The notes under the pieces were generated by a model. It worked only from the letters and a program-made list of their open reading frames with translations. It was not told the origin of the DNA and did not search any database. The position numbers were made by a program, and so were the translations under genes. A DNA stretch of 64,000 bases, counting the filler, from Candidatus Hydrogenedentota bacterium (lineage in GTDB: Bacteria > JBFMHD01): assembly GCA_040752395.1 (NCBI GenBank). It is 7 parts of 7 records of this genome, joined end to end, with 100 filler letters (N's around TTAATTAATTAA, not from the genome) between each part and the next. Parts side by side here need not be neighbours in the genome. Positions count along the whole stretch, not along the records: positions 1 to 9,564 come from JBFMHD010000103.1; 6 more parts are not named here. One strand, given 5' to 3'. Positions 1 to 9,664 of the stretch are shown piece after piece. Numbering within the stretch: the first letter of the stretch is position 1; every line of letters starts with the position of its first letter.

Positions 1-1486
1 TCTCACTATTACATTTTGGGCAGTTCTGTGGTCTTTGGAGCTCAAGTCCACAGTAATGACATAAGAGCTTTCTCCCATAACCATGCAAGGTTAAAGATAT
101 ATCGCAATTTATACATTTTAACGTATAACCACAATTAGAACATCGCACAAACCTCGAATACCCTCTGCGATTTAAAAAGATTATCGCCTGATGTCCTGAT
201 CTCAGGACTCTTTGTATCTCTGTTTTAAGAGTCTCTGAAAAAAGCTGTGTCCCTCTTTTCTTAAACTCTTCCCTCATATCAACAATTTCAATCTCAGGTA
301 AATCTAATTTATTTATTCTTTCCTGTAGTACCAGCAATGTAGATTGATTGTTTTGTGCTCGATAGAACGTTTCAACAGATGGTGTTGCGCTGCCAAGTAT
401 TACAGGTATGTCAAGTATCTTAGCCCTCGCTATTGCTAAATCACGGCTATTAATTCTCGGGTTTTCGTTTGCTTTATAAGTTAAAGATTGTTCTTCATCA
501 ACTACAATGAGTCCGAGGTTGTTAAAAGGTGCATAAAGCGCACTCCTCGGACCTATAACAATCTTTACCTCACAACTTTTTATTTTTCGCCATATCGATA
601 ATCTATGCGTATCAGATAAGCCGCTATGTGATAGCACAACTTTGTCCTGATACCTCTCATAAAACCGCTCCCAGATTTGCGTGGTTAAACTTATCTCAGG
701 CACTAATACAATAGCTTGTTTCCCGAGTTTTAAAACCTCATCTATCACCGCCATATAAACCTCTGTTTTACCCGAGCCAGTTACACCAAAAATCAAAAAT
801 TCGTTAAACACAATTGGTGATAAACTGTTCTTAATGCTATTTACAATTTTACACTGATCCGCTGTAAGTTTGGTCCCACCCACTTTTCGTTTTATCGGAG
901 CCATTACTTCGCTAACCTCATCTTTTCTTTTTACTAATTTGATATATTTTTTATCTTCAAGTTCTTTTATTACACCATATCCCTTACAGGAAAACTTTAC
1001 TATCTCTCGCCTGGTAAACTCGCCTCCATAGGTAAGTAGTATCTGGAGTATAATCGCCTGAGCAGGTGCCTTTTTTAATAAATCATCGATTATTCTTTTG
1101 GTATTTAAAATACTCTGGTTCAATATAACTATCTCTTCTTCTTTCTCATAACTTTTGCGAGCAGTGTATTTATACAGTTTAAGCACAGGTGGTAAGATTG
1201 TATTTAATGCTATATAGGGATAAGTAAATTGTTCTTTGAGAATAAGTTTGTACAATTTAGCCAGATCGTCAGTAAGTAAAGGCTCTTTATCTATTACACT
1301 CTTTATCGTTTTATAAGTTATATTCTCATCTGGTTTATCTATTCTGCTTATGACAAACCCTGTATAATCTTTTACTCCTAACGGAACCTTTACTCTGCGA
1401 TAAAAGATATCATCGTCTTTATCATAGCAATAAGTATAAGTTTGTCTAACTGCTACTGGTAAAACCACTTCATAATAATAAACCAT
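1..1486 (-). CDS. priA: Primosomal protein N' (3' part runs off the window)
   Basis: Manual translation from ATG at 1486: MVYYYEVVLPVAVRQTYTY; Walker A FGVTGSGKTEVY, IVVDEEQ motif II and CxxC zinc motifs near positions 1-170. Absent from the ORF track because no stop lies in the window. Confidence 0.93.
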   Translation of the reverse strand, partial: MVYYYEVVLPVAVRQTYTYCYDKDDDIFYRRVKVPLGVKDYTGFVISRIDKPDENITYKTIKSVIDKEPLLTDDLAKLYKLILKEQFTYPYIALNTILPPVLKLYKYTARKSYEKEEEIVILNQSILNTKRIIDDLLKKAPAQAIILQILLTYGGEFTRREIVKFSCKGYGVIKELEDKKYIKLVKRKDEVSEVMAPIKRKVGGTKLTADQCKIVNSIKNSLSPIVFNEFLIFGVTGSGKTEVYMAVIDEVLKLGKQAIVLVPEISLTTQIWERFYERYQDKVVLSHSGLSDTHRLSIWRKIKSCEVKIVIGPRSALYAPFNNLGLIVVDEEQSLTYKANENPRINSRDLAIARAKILDIPVILGSATPSVETFYRAQNNQSTLLVLQERINKLDLPEIEIVDMREEFKKRGTQLFSETLKTEIQRVLRSGHQAIIFLNRRGYSRFVRCSNCGYTLKCINCDISLTLHGYGRKLLCHYCGLELQRPQNCPKCNSE

Positions 1487-1489
1487 ACA

Positions 1490-2623
1490 TCACTCTACCC
1501 TTTTAACACAGCTATCAAGTCTTTCTCTTAAATTATATACACAACCAAATACCCCATTTGTTACCTCATCTGATTCCATACAAAGATATACTTTATCCTT
1601 CCACTCTTTAGTTATATTTTCAATCATTTTTTTATAAATACAAATTCTTCGTTCAACTTTATATCTCCACTTCTTATCAATCCCTCTTACAAACTGTGCT
1701 TCAAGGATTCGTGATTCTGGAAAACGTTCTCTTATAATCGCTGGTAATTTAGGACTGAATCTCAATGTCCCTAAACTGAGATATGCCACTCTCTTATAAT
1801 TAAAATCCTGTGTTATGTTTTTTATTAGATTAACATATTCATTTACCAGATCATCTCTATCAATAATAGGGTCAAAATGAAAAGAGAGCGAGAAACCAGC
1901 GTTCTCACATCTTTTAGCAAGCTCTAATCTTTCAGTAAGACTTATTGTACCTTGTTCTTCATTTTTGATTATCTCATTAACATTTACTGAAAAACCAATG
2001 ATAACCCTTTTGTCACAGGGTATGCTCTCTATATCAAATCTGTCCTTTGTTTTCAATTCTATAAATCTATCTTTTACATTTAAAATCGTTTTTATAATAT
2101 CTTTATGAAACCCTAAAATATTTTCAAGACTTAAACTATCACTGAATTCGCCTGTACCCCATCTTGTATACTCTGTAGTATTTAATAAAAACTTTAGTCT
2201 TTCTACTATCTTATTTACTCCGACGTCGAATATCAATGGTTTATTTTTATAGTAAACCTGAAGTATACAGTAACAGCAATCAAGTGGGCAACCTGATAAT
2301 GGTGAAATAATCTGGTATCCACAACAGATATGATATTTAGTACCCGGGCAGCCTACAATTTTTTGGCCTGTGTTTTCGGTCAAATAGAGTATTTTTTTTC
2401 CACACCCGATCGGGTCTTGTTTTTCTTTTATCTCTTTTATTACCTCGCTTAATCCTGCCTCTTCAATCTCTATTTTCTTGGCCTCACATATCTCCTGGTT
2501 TGGCCGGGTTTGGAACACACCACTACATCGTTTCCTGCTTCTTATTTTTAACAATATTTTATTAACCACAGGATTATTTTTCACTTCTTTATTAATGATA
2601 ATCTTCTCTAATTTTATGTTCAT
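1490..2623 (-). CDS. Spore-photoproduct-lyase-like radical SAM protein
   Basis: CxxxCxxC (CPLDCCYC), GTGEFSDSL, FHFDPI, SLGTLRF and YLCMES motifs typical of SplB-like proteins. Confidence 0.8.
   Translation of the reverse strand: MNIKLEKIIINKEVKNNPVVNKILLKIRSRKRCSGVFQTRPNQEICEAKKIEIEEAGLSEVIKEIKEKQDPIGCGKKILYLTENTGQKIVGCPGTKYHICCGYQIISPLSGCPLDCCYCILQVYYKNKPLIFDVGVNKIVERLKFLLNTTEYTRWGTGEFSDSLSLENILGFHKDIIKTILNVKDRFIELKTKDRFDIESIPCDKRVIIGFSVNVNEIIKNEEQGTISLTERLELAKRCENAGFSLSFHFDPIIDRDDLVNEYVNLIKNITQDFNYKRVAYLSLGTLRFSPKLPAIIRERFPESRILEAQFVRGIDKKWRYKVERRICIYKKMIENITKEWKDKVYLCMESDEVTNGVFGCVYNLRERLDSCVKRVE
2502..2526 (-). repeat. GTAG-REP-like motif inside the radical SAM CDS
   Basis: Minus strand GTAGTGGTGTGTTCCAAACCCGGCC; shares the flanks ATGTAGTGG...GGCCAAA with the intergenic copy at 34871-34896. 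Confidence 0.55.
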
Positions 2624-3423
2624 TCATCCTTAACCGAGACCCAGCTCTCCATTTTTTGATACTTTTTGTCACCGATGCCTTTCACATTTTTTAATTCTTC
2701 CTTATATTTTGTGCCTTGAGATAATCTACCATCTCCTCACCCCAGTCAATCATTGAATACCTTGTTTTATCAATGTCCATCCACGAATGCGGTGTTCTTA
2801 TGAATATACCATCACCATGTCCTACATCAAGAAACGTGACCTGTAATGTCCATGGTTTCCATAGGGTACCATCAATGTGTGACATCTATCGTTAAATCAG
2901 CTGGTTTTTCTTTTTTGCCTGTAAAGTATTTTACAATAAATAGTGATGCTAACCCAACAGCGAGTATCAAACCAATTGAGACCAGAGCTACTATCTTCTG
3001 TCCTCTTGTAAGCCTTGACCCATTCTCTTTTGTTTTTTCTTCTTCTTCTTTCTCATCGTCATCGTTTTTTGCACCAGTTATTAAGGATATGGGCTTCCAA
3101 TCATTGCTCCCTGCTTCCGTGAACTTTGCATGTTTTGGTAACTCTATTTTTTTTATCTCGGCTTCTGTAAAAGGACCTATCTGCTGTTCTTTAATCTTTA
3201 CAAAATATCTTTTTTCTTGTGGATGTATGGGATGAGATTGTGGTTGGTCTATAAAATATTCTGAAAACTCATCAAGCGATGATATAGAACACCAATCACT
3301 TAAGCCATCATACCATATATAACTATCACTCTTAACCTCTCCGGTTAAAATTAAACTCTCAACCTCATCTATACTATACGGTCCTTTATTTTGTTCTTCT
3401 AAATATAAATAATACTGCCTCAT
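2620..3423 (-). pseudogene. Decayed GYF_2 x2 - TM - ComEC-type MBL - ComEA HhH fusion gene
   Basis: 3423-2872 encodes two GYF_2-like repeats (QNKGPYS, QQIGPFT) and a TM helix; a second frame gives VTFLDVGHGDGIFIRTP (ComEC MBL start); a further shift at 2709-2620 gives EELKNVKGIGDKKYQKM (ComEA HhH end), whose stop overlaps the next ATG. Confidence 0.7.
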
Positions 3424-3562
3424 TATATCAACCCTTATCTATATTAATACCATTCCTTATATTAATATCATTCATTATATCTTTTTCAAGTGTTTTTTAA
3501 AGGTATTCCATCAGTTTTCAGTTGAGTTTATTAATCTTACATCTACTAAAACCGATGGTTTG

Positions 3563-3790
3563 GAGGCACAAAGGCACAGAGTGACAAGTTTGTAATTCCT
3601 CAGTTATTGGTGCGGTAGAACTTACTTTAGAAGCAAGAGGCAAGATAACGGAAGAAGTGAGAAGTGAGAAGTATCAGGACGGGCTACAGGCTACGGACTA
3701 CAGCCGGTTGAAGCCCGAAGCCCGGAGCCTGAAGCCAACATCCTTTAAAAAATTCAGAATGCAGAAATAATCTTTCAATCTTTCAAGATC
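3563..3790 (-). repeat. Partial copy of the modular intergenic element
   Basis: GAGGCACAAAGGCACAGA, CAAGAAG and GAGAAGT heptamers, the GGGCTAC/AGCCCG hairpin at 3680-3741 (reverse complement of 19110-19171) and ATCTTTCA x2. Confidence 0.85.
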
Positions 3791-3803
3791 TCAAAAATAG
3801 ATA

Positions 3804-3831
3804 TTGACTTTTTAATATAAATGATTATAAT
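3804..3831 (+). promoter_or_regulatory. Sigma70-type promoter for the coiled-coil gene
   Basis: TTGACT-N16-TATAAT; GGAG upstream of ATG 3864. Confidence 0.5.
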
Positions 3832-3863
3832 TATTATAAATAAATAGTTGGAGAATCTATAAG

Positions 3864-4238
3864 ATGAATCCTAAGGATTTTGTCGACGCTTTAAGAAAAG
3901 TAATTGTAGAAACACTTATACCGGAGATAAGGGAATTAAGAGAGGATACTAACCGTAAATTTGAGGCTATACAGAAACAGATGGATGAACGATTTACTGC
4001 AATACAGAAACAGATGGATGAACGATTTGCTAAAGTTGATGAACGATTTGCTAAAATTGATGAACGGTTTACTAAAGCAGATGAAAAGTTTGAAAAATTA
4101 TTTATTGCTCTTGCTAAAATTGATGAAAGAACAGCTATGATGGTTGAAATAATGAAAGACTTAAAAAAAGTAGAGCGTCTTGAGGTTCGGTTAGATAATC
4201 TTGAACAAAAATTTGAAAAACTCTCCAAAGTTGCATAA
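3864..4238 (+). CDS. Coiled-coil tandem-repeat protein (Bdr/DUF1640-like)
   Basis: 11-aa repeat AIQKQMDERF x2 then 7-aa repeats like AKVDERF; matching 33-bp and 21-bp DNA repeats. Confidence 0.65.
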   Translation: MNPKDFVDALRKVIVETLIPEIRELREDTNRKFEAIQKQMDERFTAIQKQMDERFAKVDERFAKIDERFTKADEKFEKLFIALAKIDERTAMMVEIMKDLKKVERLEVRLDNLEQKFEKLSKVA

Positions 4239-4319
4239 GAATTGACGCAGTAATTTTAATAATTCAATAATTCAAAATTTGACCACATCACTTACTTCTT
4301 GTTTCTTTCGTTATCTTAT

Positions 4320-5582
4320 ATGAGTTATAAATATATAAAACTTTTATTATTGTATGCTTTTAGCGCTATATTGGTATTTTTATTCTCACAAAAAGAGCCC
4401 GATACCCCATTTTATAATGTTCGAGTATATCTAAATGTCTTTACTATTTTATTATTATTGAGCTATTCGTTTCTTGTAATTCTTTCTAACGAAGATACAA
4501 TAAAAAAATATGATAAAATATTCTTCTATTCTTTAATATTTATTCTTATAGTATTACCTATCTTTATAAATATAATATCAAGGTACAGGGCTTCGAATCC
4601 GCTGGTCTATGCTCATGACGGTGGTGTTATCCAGACAGAAGAATCAGCACGGCTGTTACTAAACGGAAAAAATCCATACTCGGCTAATTTTAAGAATACT
4701 CCTTTAATAAACGTTGGCGAGATGGGCATAATTGTTCATAACCCATATCTTCCACTCTCATTTATCATCACAATACCGTTTATTTATATCTGTGATAAAT
4801 TAAATATCTTATTTGATCAGCGAATTATTTATCTTGTCTTCTACTTCAGTGTAATATTTTTTTCTGTATATGTCTTTAAATCAACGAATATCCGTGAAGT
4901 CTTTAAAATATTCTTTGCATTCAACCCATTATTAATCCCTTTTTTAATCCATGGTATGAACGAGATATACATTATTTCTTTACTGTTTATATCCTATTCA
5001 TTATTGATATCCTGTAAATTTTTATCATCATTTTTAGTTCTGGGACTGGCTTGTTCTACAAAACAATTTGCCTGGCTTATAGCTCCTTTTTTTATTATCT
5101 ATCTTAAAGCCACTGCCTCGAAAAATACATTTTATAAATCAATATTTATTTTTATCATTACTCTTCTTGTTTTTATTTTACCATTTTTTATCTGGAGCCA
5201 TTTTGATTTTATAGACGATACATTATTATTTAATGCGGGTAGAAGTTTTGTAAATTATCCTCTTGGTGGCACTCCTGGTATCGGCTTTTCTATGATCCAT
5301 GTGGTCTCGGGTTTTGTAAAAGATAAATATCAATATTTCCCCTGTATACTCTTTATTATTATATTTTGTTTACCTCTTTTTATTTATTTATTGATAAGAT
5401 TATACCGTGAACCCCTGCATTATAATATATTTTTATACGGTGCTATTTTTAGTTCATTTTTTATATTCTTTTCGAGGGTATTTCATTTGAATTATTTATT
5501 TTTTATACTATTCTTACTGGCTGTCGGAATATTTAACAAAATAGATTTAAAAAGTATTGCTAATATAAAGAAAAAATTATAG
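4320..5582 (+). CDS. GT-C fold membrane glycosyltransferase (GT87/DUF2029-like)
   Basis: Many TM helices; HDGG...LLNGKNPY, YLPLSF and ACSTKQF motifs. Start moved to ATG 4320. Confidence 0.65.
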   Translation: MSYKYIKLLLLYAFSAILVFLFSQKEPDTPFYNVRVYLNVFTILLLLSYSFLVILSNEDTIKKYDKIFFYSLIFILIVLPIFINIISRYRASNPLVYAHDGGVIQTEESARLLLNGKNPYSANFKNTPLINVGEMGIIVHNPYLPLSFIITIPFIYICDKLNILFDQRIIYLVFYFSVIFFSVYVFKSTNIREVFKIFFAFNPLLIPFLIHGMNEIYIISLLFISYSLLISCKFLSSFLVLGLACSTKQFAWLIAPFFIIYLKATASKNTFYKSIFIFIITLLVFILPFFIWSHFDFIDDTLLFNAGRSFVNYPLGGTPGIGFSMIHVVSGFVKDKYQYFPCILFIIIFCLPLFIYLLIRLYREPLHYNIFLYGAIFSSFFIFFSRVFHLNYLFFILFLLAVGIFNKIDLKSIANIKKKL

Positions 5583-5607
5583 TATATTAAAAAATTCCCG
5601 TATCTAA

Positions 5608-5675
5608 GTAACGCCTCAGCCTTCGGTAGGGTTTCTTTATCTTGCTTCTTAATTCCACCTAAACTGAGGAAAAAC
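5608..5675. mobile_element. 68-bp MITE-like insertion with 8-bp target-site duplication
   Basis: Imperfect 12-bp TIRs GTAACGCCTCAG / CTGAGGAAAAAC flanked by direct repeat GTATCTAA (5600-5607, 5676-5683); contains the TATCTTGCTTCT module. Confidence 0.6.
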
Positions 5676-5712
5676 GTATCTAATACGGGTTAAACCAGAG
5701 GTTAACAAAAGA

Positions 5713-7698
5713 ATGAGTTTAAGAATTGGGAAATATTTTTTTATATTATTTCTATTATTCATCCCTGTATGCGTCTTCGCTCAGTATAAACTTATAAAAG
5801 TTCAAAAGGGAGAAACTTTACAGAGTATAGCAAGAAAATACCTTAATGATGAGTCAAGAGTTAAAGACATAGCTAAACTAAATGATATCCCCTCGCCTTA
5901 CGTAATATCAGTCGGTCAGATATTAAAATTACCTTTAGCCAGAGAAGAAGAAGAAAACATTGCAAAAAAAATAGAAGAAGCGCTTATCAATATCAAAGTA
6001 GAGTTAGGAACAGAAAATACTGAACAGGTATATAGATTCGCAGTTCGACGACTTGAATGGATTAAAAAACAGGGTAGTGACCAGCGTGAAAATTTAAAAA
6101 ATCTCCACGAAATATTAAAAAATATCAACTCTCTATTTAAGGCAAGTGAAATCTATACAAACATTAAAATTATTGCATCAGGAAATTTAGATGGCGAAAA
6201 GGTTGACCCTGTAAGTCTTACTGCTAAACCGTTAATAAATGATGTGGAAATATTCTCTAATTATTATGTTAATGGCAATAATGGGCTCGGATTAAACTTA
6301 AGTAATATTGAAATAATAAATTTTAAAGATAAAGGCACAATTTCTATCGGACCATTTCTAAAGAGTAAAAATGGGGAATACACCGGCATCTGTGAGATTG
6401 TTAATGGTGAGGTGCTGATTAGAACTACTGATATTTTAACCGGCTGGTATGTTTTTGTGCAGGGTCAGCTGATTGTACTAAATCGCGCAATCGTCTCATT
6501 AAAAACAAGTAAAGAAAAAGTTTCATTAAGTGTTATGAACGGTTTTGTAGCTTTAAATGAAACCTTGAAATTATCTGGGGGTGAGAGAATAGATATACAT
6601 AGTTCAGGGGAGATACTGAGGTATCCAAAAACACCGGTCTTTGTTCGACCTGTTGATAATTTCGCAACACGTGAGGAAGAAATCCTGTTTCAATGGTTGG
6701 ATGCAGGTAGTGTGTCGTATAAATTTCAACTTAAAGATTGTGAAACAGATGAGGTATTAATAGAAAAAATTTTAACCTCAAATTATTTAAGAGTAATAGA
6801 TGCTCTCGAGGGTGAATACTTATACAGGGTCGCAAGTATCAATAACGATATTGAAGGAGATTATACAGAATGGAGAAAAATCAAAATAGATTATACACAA
6901 CCTTCTCTTGAACTTATATCACCAACCCCAACAATGGATTTACCTGATGAAAATGTAGAGTTTTCCGGTAAAACAGAAGCCTATAGTATCGTAAGAATTA
7001 ATGGTGTGCTTGTTTCTGCAGATGAGAACGGTTGTTTCTCCGGCAATATAATTTTCTCAAAGGGTATGAACCTTGTCAGAATCGATATCACAGATAAAGC
7101 ATTGAATAAATCTCATTTCAGGGGTGAATTTGTTTATTCAGAAAACAGAGCCTATGTTTTTGAAGGTGATACAAAAATAGAAACACGCAACGCTATTATC
7201 CCTGTAACAGGCTGGGCTGATATCGATGAAGAAATAAGTGTTCAGAATATACCTGTTGTTGTTGATAAAGACGGATTTTTTGTAAGTAAAGTCTTTCTCG
7301 ATCCTGGTAAAAATCTATTGAACATCGGATTTAAATCCGGAAATAAAACAATGAAAAAAGAGTATGATATAATACGTGATGATAAACCACCTCTCATTAC
7401 CTATTCCAGTCTTAAATTTTTACCCGGTAAATCTAAAACACAGAATGACAGTGTAGTCATAGAAATCAGGGCAAGCGATGGCGATGGTATTGGGCTTGAG
7501 GAAAAAGGCGAATGGCGGATCGCTGGTGTCGGTGATTTACAGCTTGACGGTCTTCTTTTATTGAAAAATAATGTTTACACAACTGTTATTCAGATACCAA
7601 AACAGGAAAGTATAAATATTTTGCTTGGAGAAGTAATAATTAAGGATAAGATAGGTAATGCAATAAGAAAGGAGATGCAAATTGATATCAGGCCGTGA
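5713..7698 (+). CDS. Secreted LysM protein with FecR-like and Ig/FN3-like domains
   Basis: Signal peptide, LysM (VQKGETLQSIARKY...ISVGQILKLP), beta-rich repeats (LDPGKNLL, FSKGMNLV). Confidence 0.7.
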   Translation: MSLRIGKYFFILFLLFIPVCVFAQYKLIKVQKGETLQSIARKYLNDESRVKDIAKLNDIPSPYVISVGQILKLPLAREEEENIAKKIEEALINIKVELGTENTEQVYRFAVRRLEWIKKQGSDQRENLKNLHEILKNINSLFKASEIYTNIKIIASGNLDGEKVDPVSLTAKPLINDVEIFSNYYVNGNNGLGLNLSNIEIINFKDKGTISIGPFLKSKNGEYTGICEIVNGEVLIRTTDILTGWYVFVQGQLIVLNRAIVSLKTSKEKVSLSVMNGFVALNETLKLSGGERIDIHSSGEILRYPKTPVFVRPVDNFATREEEILFQWLDAGSVSYKFQLKDCETDEVLIEKILTSNYLRVIDALEGEYLYRVASINNDIEGDYTEWRKIKIDYTQPSLELISPTPTMDLPDENVEFSGKTEAYSIVRINGVLVSADENGCFSGNIIFSKGMNLVRIDITDKALNKSHFRGEFVYSENRAYVFEGDTKIETRNAIIPVTGWADIDEEISVQNIPVVVDKDGFFVSKVFLDPGKNLLNIGFKSGNKTMKKEYDIIRDDKPPLITYSSLKFLPGKSKTQNDSVVIEIRASDGDGIGLEEKGEWRIAGVGDLQLDGLLLLKNNVYTTVIQIPKQESINILLGEVIIKDKIGNAIRKEMQIDIRP

Positions 7699-8698
7699 TA
7701 TTTATAAAAAAATTGTAAATAGAAAAGATTTAAGTGCTGAGGAATCAAAAGAATTATTCGATTTATTGATGGAAGGCAAAATAAGTCCCCAGCTTGCTAG
7801 TGGTATTCTAACCGCATTATTAATGAAAGGCGAATCTGTTGATGAGATATATGGTGCTGTACAATCTATGCGAGAACATTGCCAGAATATAGATGCAGGC
7901 GTTGAACCTCTCCTTGATACCTGCGGAACCGGTGGTGATGAATCCAATACATTTAATATCTCTACTGTCGCAGCTATTGTGTTAGCTGGTGGCGGTGTAT
8001 ATATTGCCAAACACGGGAACAGGTCTGTATCATCAAAATGCGGGAGTGCCGATGTGCTTGAGAGTATGGGTGTACCTATTGATCTAACACCTGAAAAAGT
8101 CATTGAAAGCATAAAGACTAACAGATTCGGGTTTTTATTCGCCCCATACTATCACCCCTCAATGAAAAATATCGCACCGATACGTCGGGAACTCGGCATA
8201 AGAACCATATTTAACATCCTCGGACCTTTAACTAACCCTGCCCGCTCTAAACGCCAGATTATAGGTGTATTCTCTACTGACTGGGTTGATAGAATAGCTT
8301 CTGTTCTTGCTAAAACAGGTTGCAAACACGGTTATGTATTTTCATCTGAGGATGGGCTTGATGAGGTGAGCCCATCGGCAAGAACAAGAGTTTGTGAGAT
8401 TATTGATGGTAAAGTTGTAAAATGTTTCTGGTTTCATCCACGCGATGTTGACCTTGAAGTAATATCACTAAATGCGATTGTAAGTAGTAGTATTAAAGAT
8501 AGTATAGTTCTCGCAGAAAAGATAATTCAGGCCGAAAAAACTAAAGCTACATCAGTAGTTTTATTAAACGCAGCTTTTGGATTCCTTGCTGCTGATGTAT
8601 GTAAAGATTTAAAAGAAGGAATCACATTAGCGCAAGAGTCAATAAATTCAGGTGGCGCCTATAAAATACTGCAAAATTTACGAAATATTAAAAAGTAA
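7682..8698 (+). CDS. trpD: Anthranilate phosphoribosyltransferase
   Basis: DTCGTGGD, FNIST, KHGNRSVSSKCGSAD, DGLDE motifs. Confidence 0.97.
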   Translation: MISGRDIYKKIVNRKDLSAEESKELFDLLMEGKISPQLASGILTALLMKGESVDEIYGAVQSMREHCQNIDAGVEPLLDTCGTGGDESNTFNISTVAAIVLAGGGVYIAKHGNRSVSSKCGSADVLESMGVPIDLTPEKVIESIKTNRFGFLFAPYYHPSMKNIAPIRRELGIRTIFNILGPLTNPARSKRQIIGVFSTDWVDRIASVLAKTGCKHGYVFSSEDGLDEVSPSARTRVCEIIDGKVVKCFWFHPRDVDLEVISLNAIVSSSIKDSIVLAEKIIQAEKTKATSVVLLNAAFGFLAADVCKDLKEGITLAQESINSGGAYKILQNLRNIKK

Positions 8699-9468
8699 TG
8701 GTTCCCGATCTTCACTGCATATTAAAGAATATTATCAAACAAAAAAAAGAAGAAGTAGAGTCCATAAAGCTTCAGTCTGACAGCAAAAAAAGAAGTATTA
8801 GAAAATTAAAAGATTTCATTTATCAAAGAACAGGTATTATAGCAGAGATAAAACCAGCTTCACCATCAAAGGGTAGACTAAGAACGATCCTTGACCCTGT
8901 AAAAATCGCAATAGAGTATGATAGAGCTAATGCATCAGCTATATCTGTTCTTACTGAAACTGAATACTTTAAAGGGAAGAAAGAATGGATTAAAAAAATA
9001 AGAGATAAAATTAAAATACCTATCTTACGAAAAGATTTTATTATTGACGAGATACAGGTCGATGAGACATACGAGTTAGGTGCTGATACACTCCTTGTTA
9101 TCGTCAGAATCCTTGATGATGATACTATCAAAAAAATTACAAAGCGATGTAAAAAATTTGGGATGGATATATTGTACGAGGTGCATAACAAACTTGAGAT
9201 TAAACGTATACTTGGTCTAAAACCTGAAATAATAGGTGTAAACTGTAGAAATTTAAAAGATTTTACGCTCGATAAAAGGTTGTTTGAAAAATTGATAGAT
9301 TTTATTCCTGATAATGTTTTAGCAATAGCAGAAAGCGGGATAAATAGTATTGAAGAAGCATCTAAAATAAAAAAAATAGGTTATGATGGTTTACTTATAG
9401 GCGAAGTTTTGATGAAATCCAAAAATCCAGCTAAATTCTTTAGAATGTTTTCAGAAGAGTACTCATGA
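8698..9468 (+). CDS. trpC: Indole-3-glycerol phosphate synthase
   Basis: IAEIKPASPSKG, LRKDFI, GVNCRNL, AESGI motifs; last codons overlap the repeat element. Confidence 0.95.
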   Translation: MVPDLHCILKNIIKQKKEEVESIKLQSDSKKRSIRKLKDFIYQRTGIIAEIKPASPSKGRLRTILDPVKIAIEYDRANASAISVLTETEYFKGKKEWIKKIRDKIKIPILRKDFIIDEIQVDETYELGADTLLVIVRILDDDTIKKITKRCKKFGMDILYEVHNKLEIKRILGLKPEIIGVNCRNLKDFTLDKRLFEKLIDFIPDNVLAIAESGINSIEEASKIKKIGYDGLLIGEVLMKSKNPAKFFRMFSEEYS

Positions 9469-9564
9469 GCGCGGGTTGCGCTCTACACAAAGGATGAAAA
9501 ACCAGATGTTTGTTTATCTTGCCTCTTGCTTCTACTTGATATTATTATAGTTACAATGTTTTTC
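9441..9564 (+). repeat. Short copy of the modular element, cut by contig end
   Basis: AATGTTTTTCAGAAGAGTACTCATGAGCGCGGGTTGCGCTCTACAC ... TCTTGCTTCTACTTGATATTATTATAGTTACAATGTTTTTC. Confidence 0.9.
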
Positions 9565-9664
9565 NNNNNNNNNNNNNNNNNNNNNNNNNNNNNNNNNNNN
9601 NNNNNNNNTTAATTAATTAANNNNNNNNNNNNNNNNNNNNNNNNNNNNNNNNNNNNNNNNNNNN
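9565..9664. other. Artificial contig linker
   Basis: N-run, TTAATTAATTAA (stops in six frames), N-run; 100 bp. Confidence 0.99.

Noticed and set aside
1490-2623. Evidence for sporulation from the SplB-like gene or WhiG-like sigma
   Set aside because: Both families are widespread in non-sporulating bacteria; the sigma factor sits in a flagellar context.
5597-5689. Riboswitch, SRP or 6S RNA
   Set aside because: No diagnostic motifs; the TIR plus TSD reading explains the pairing.
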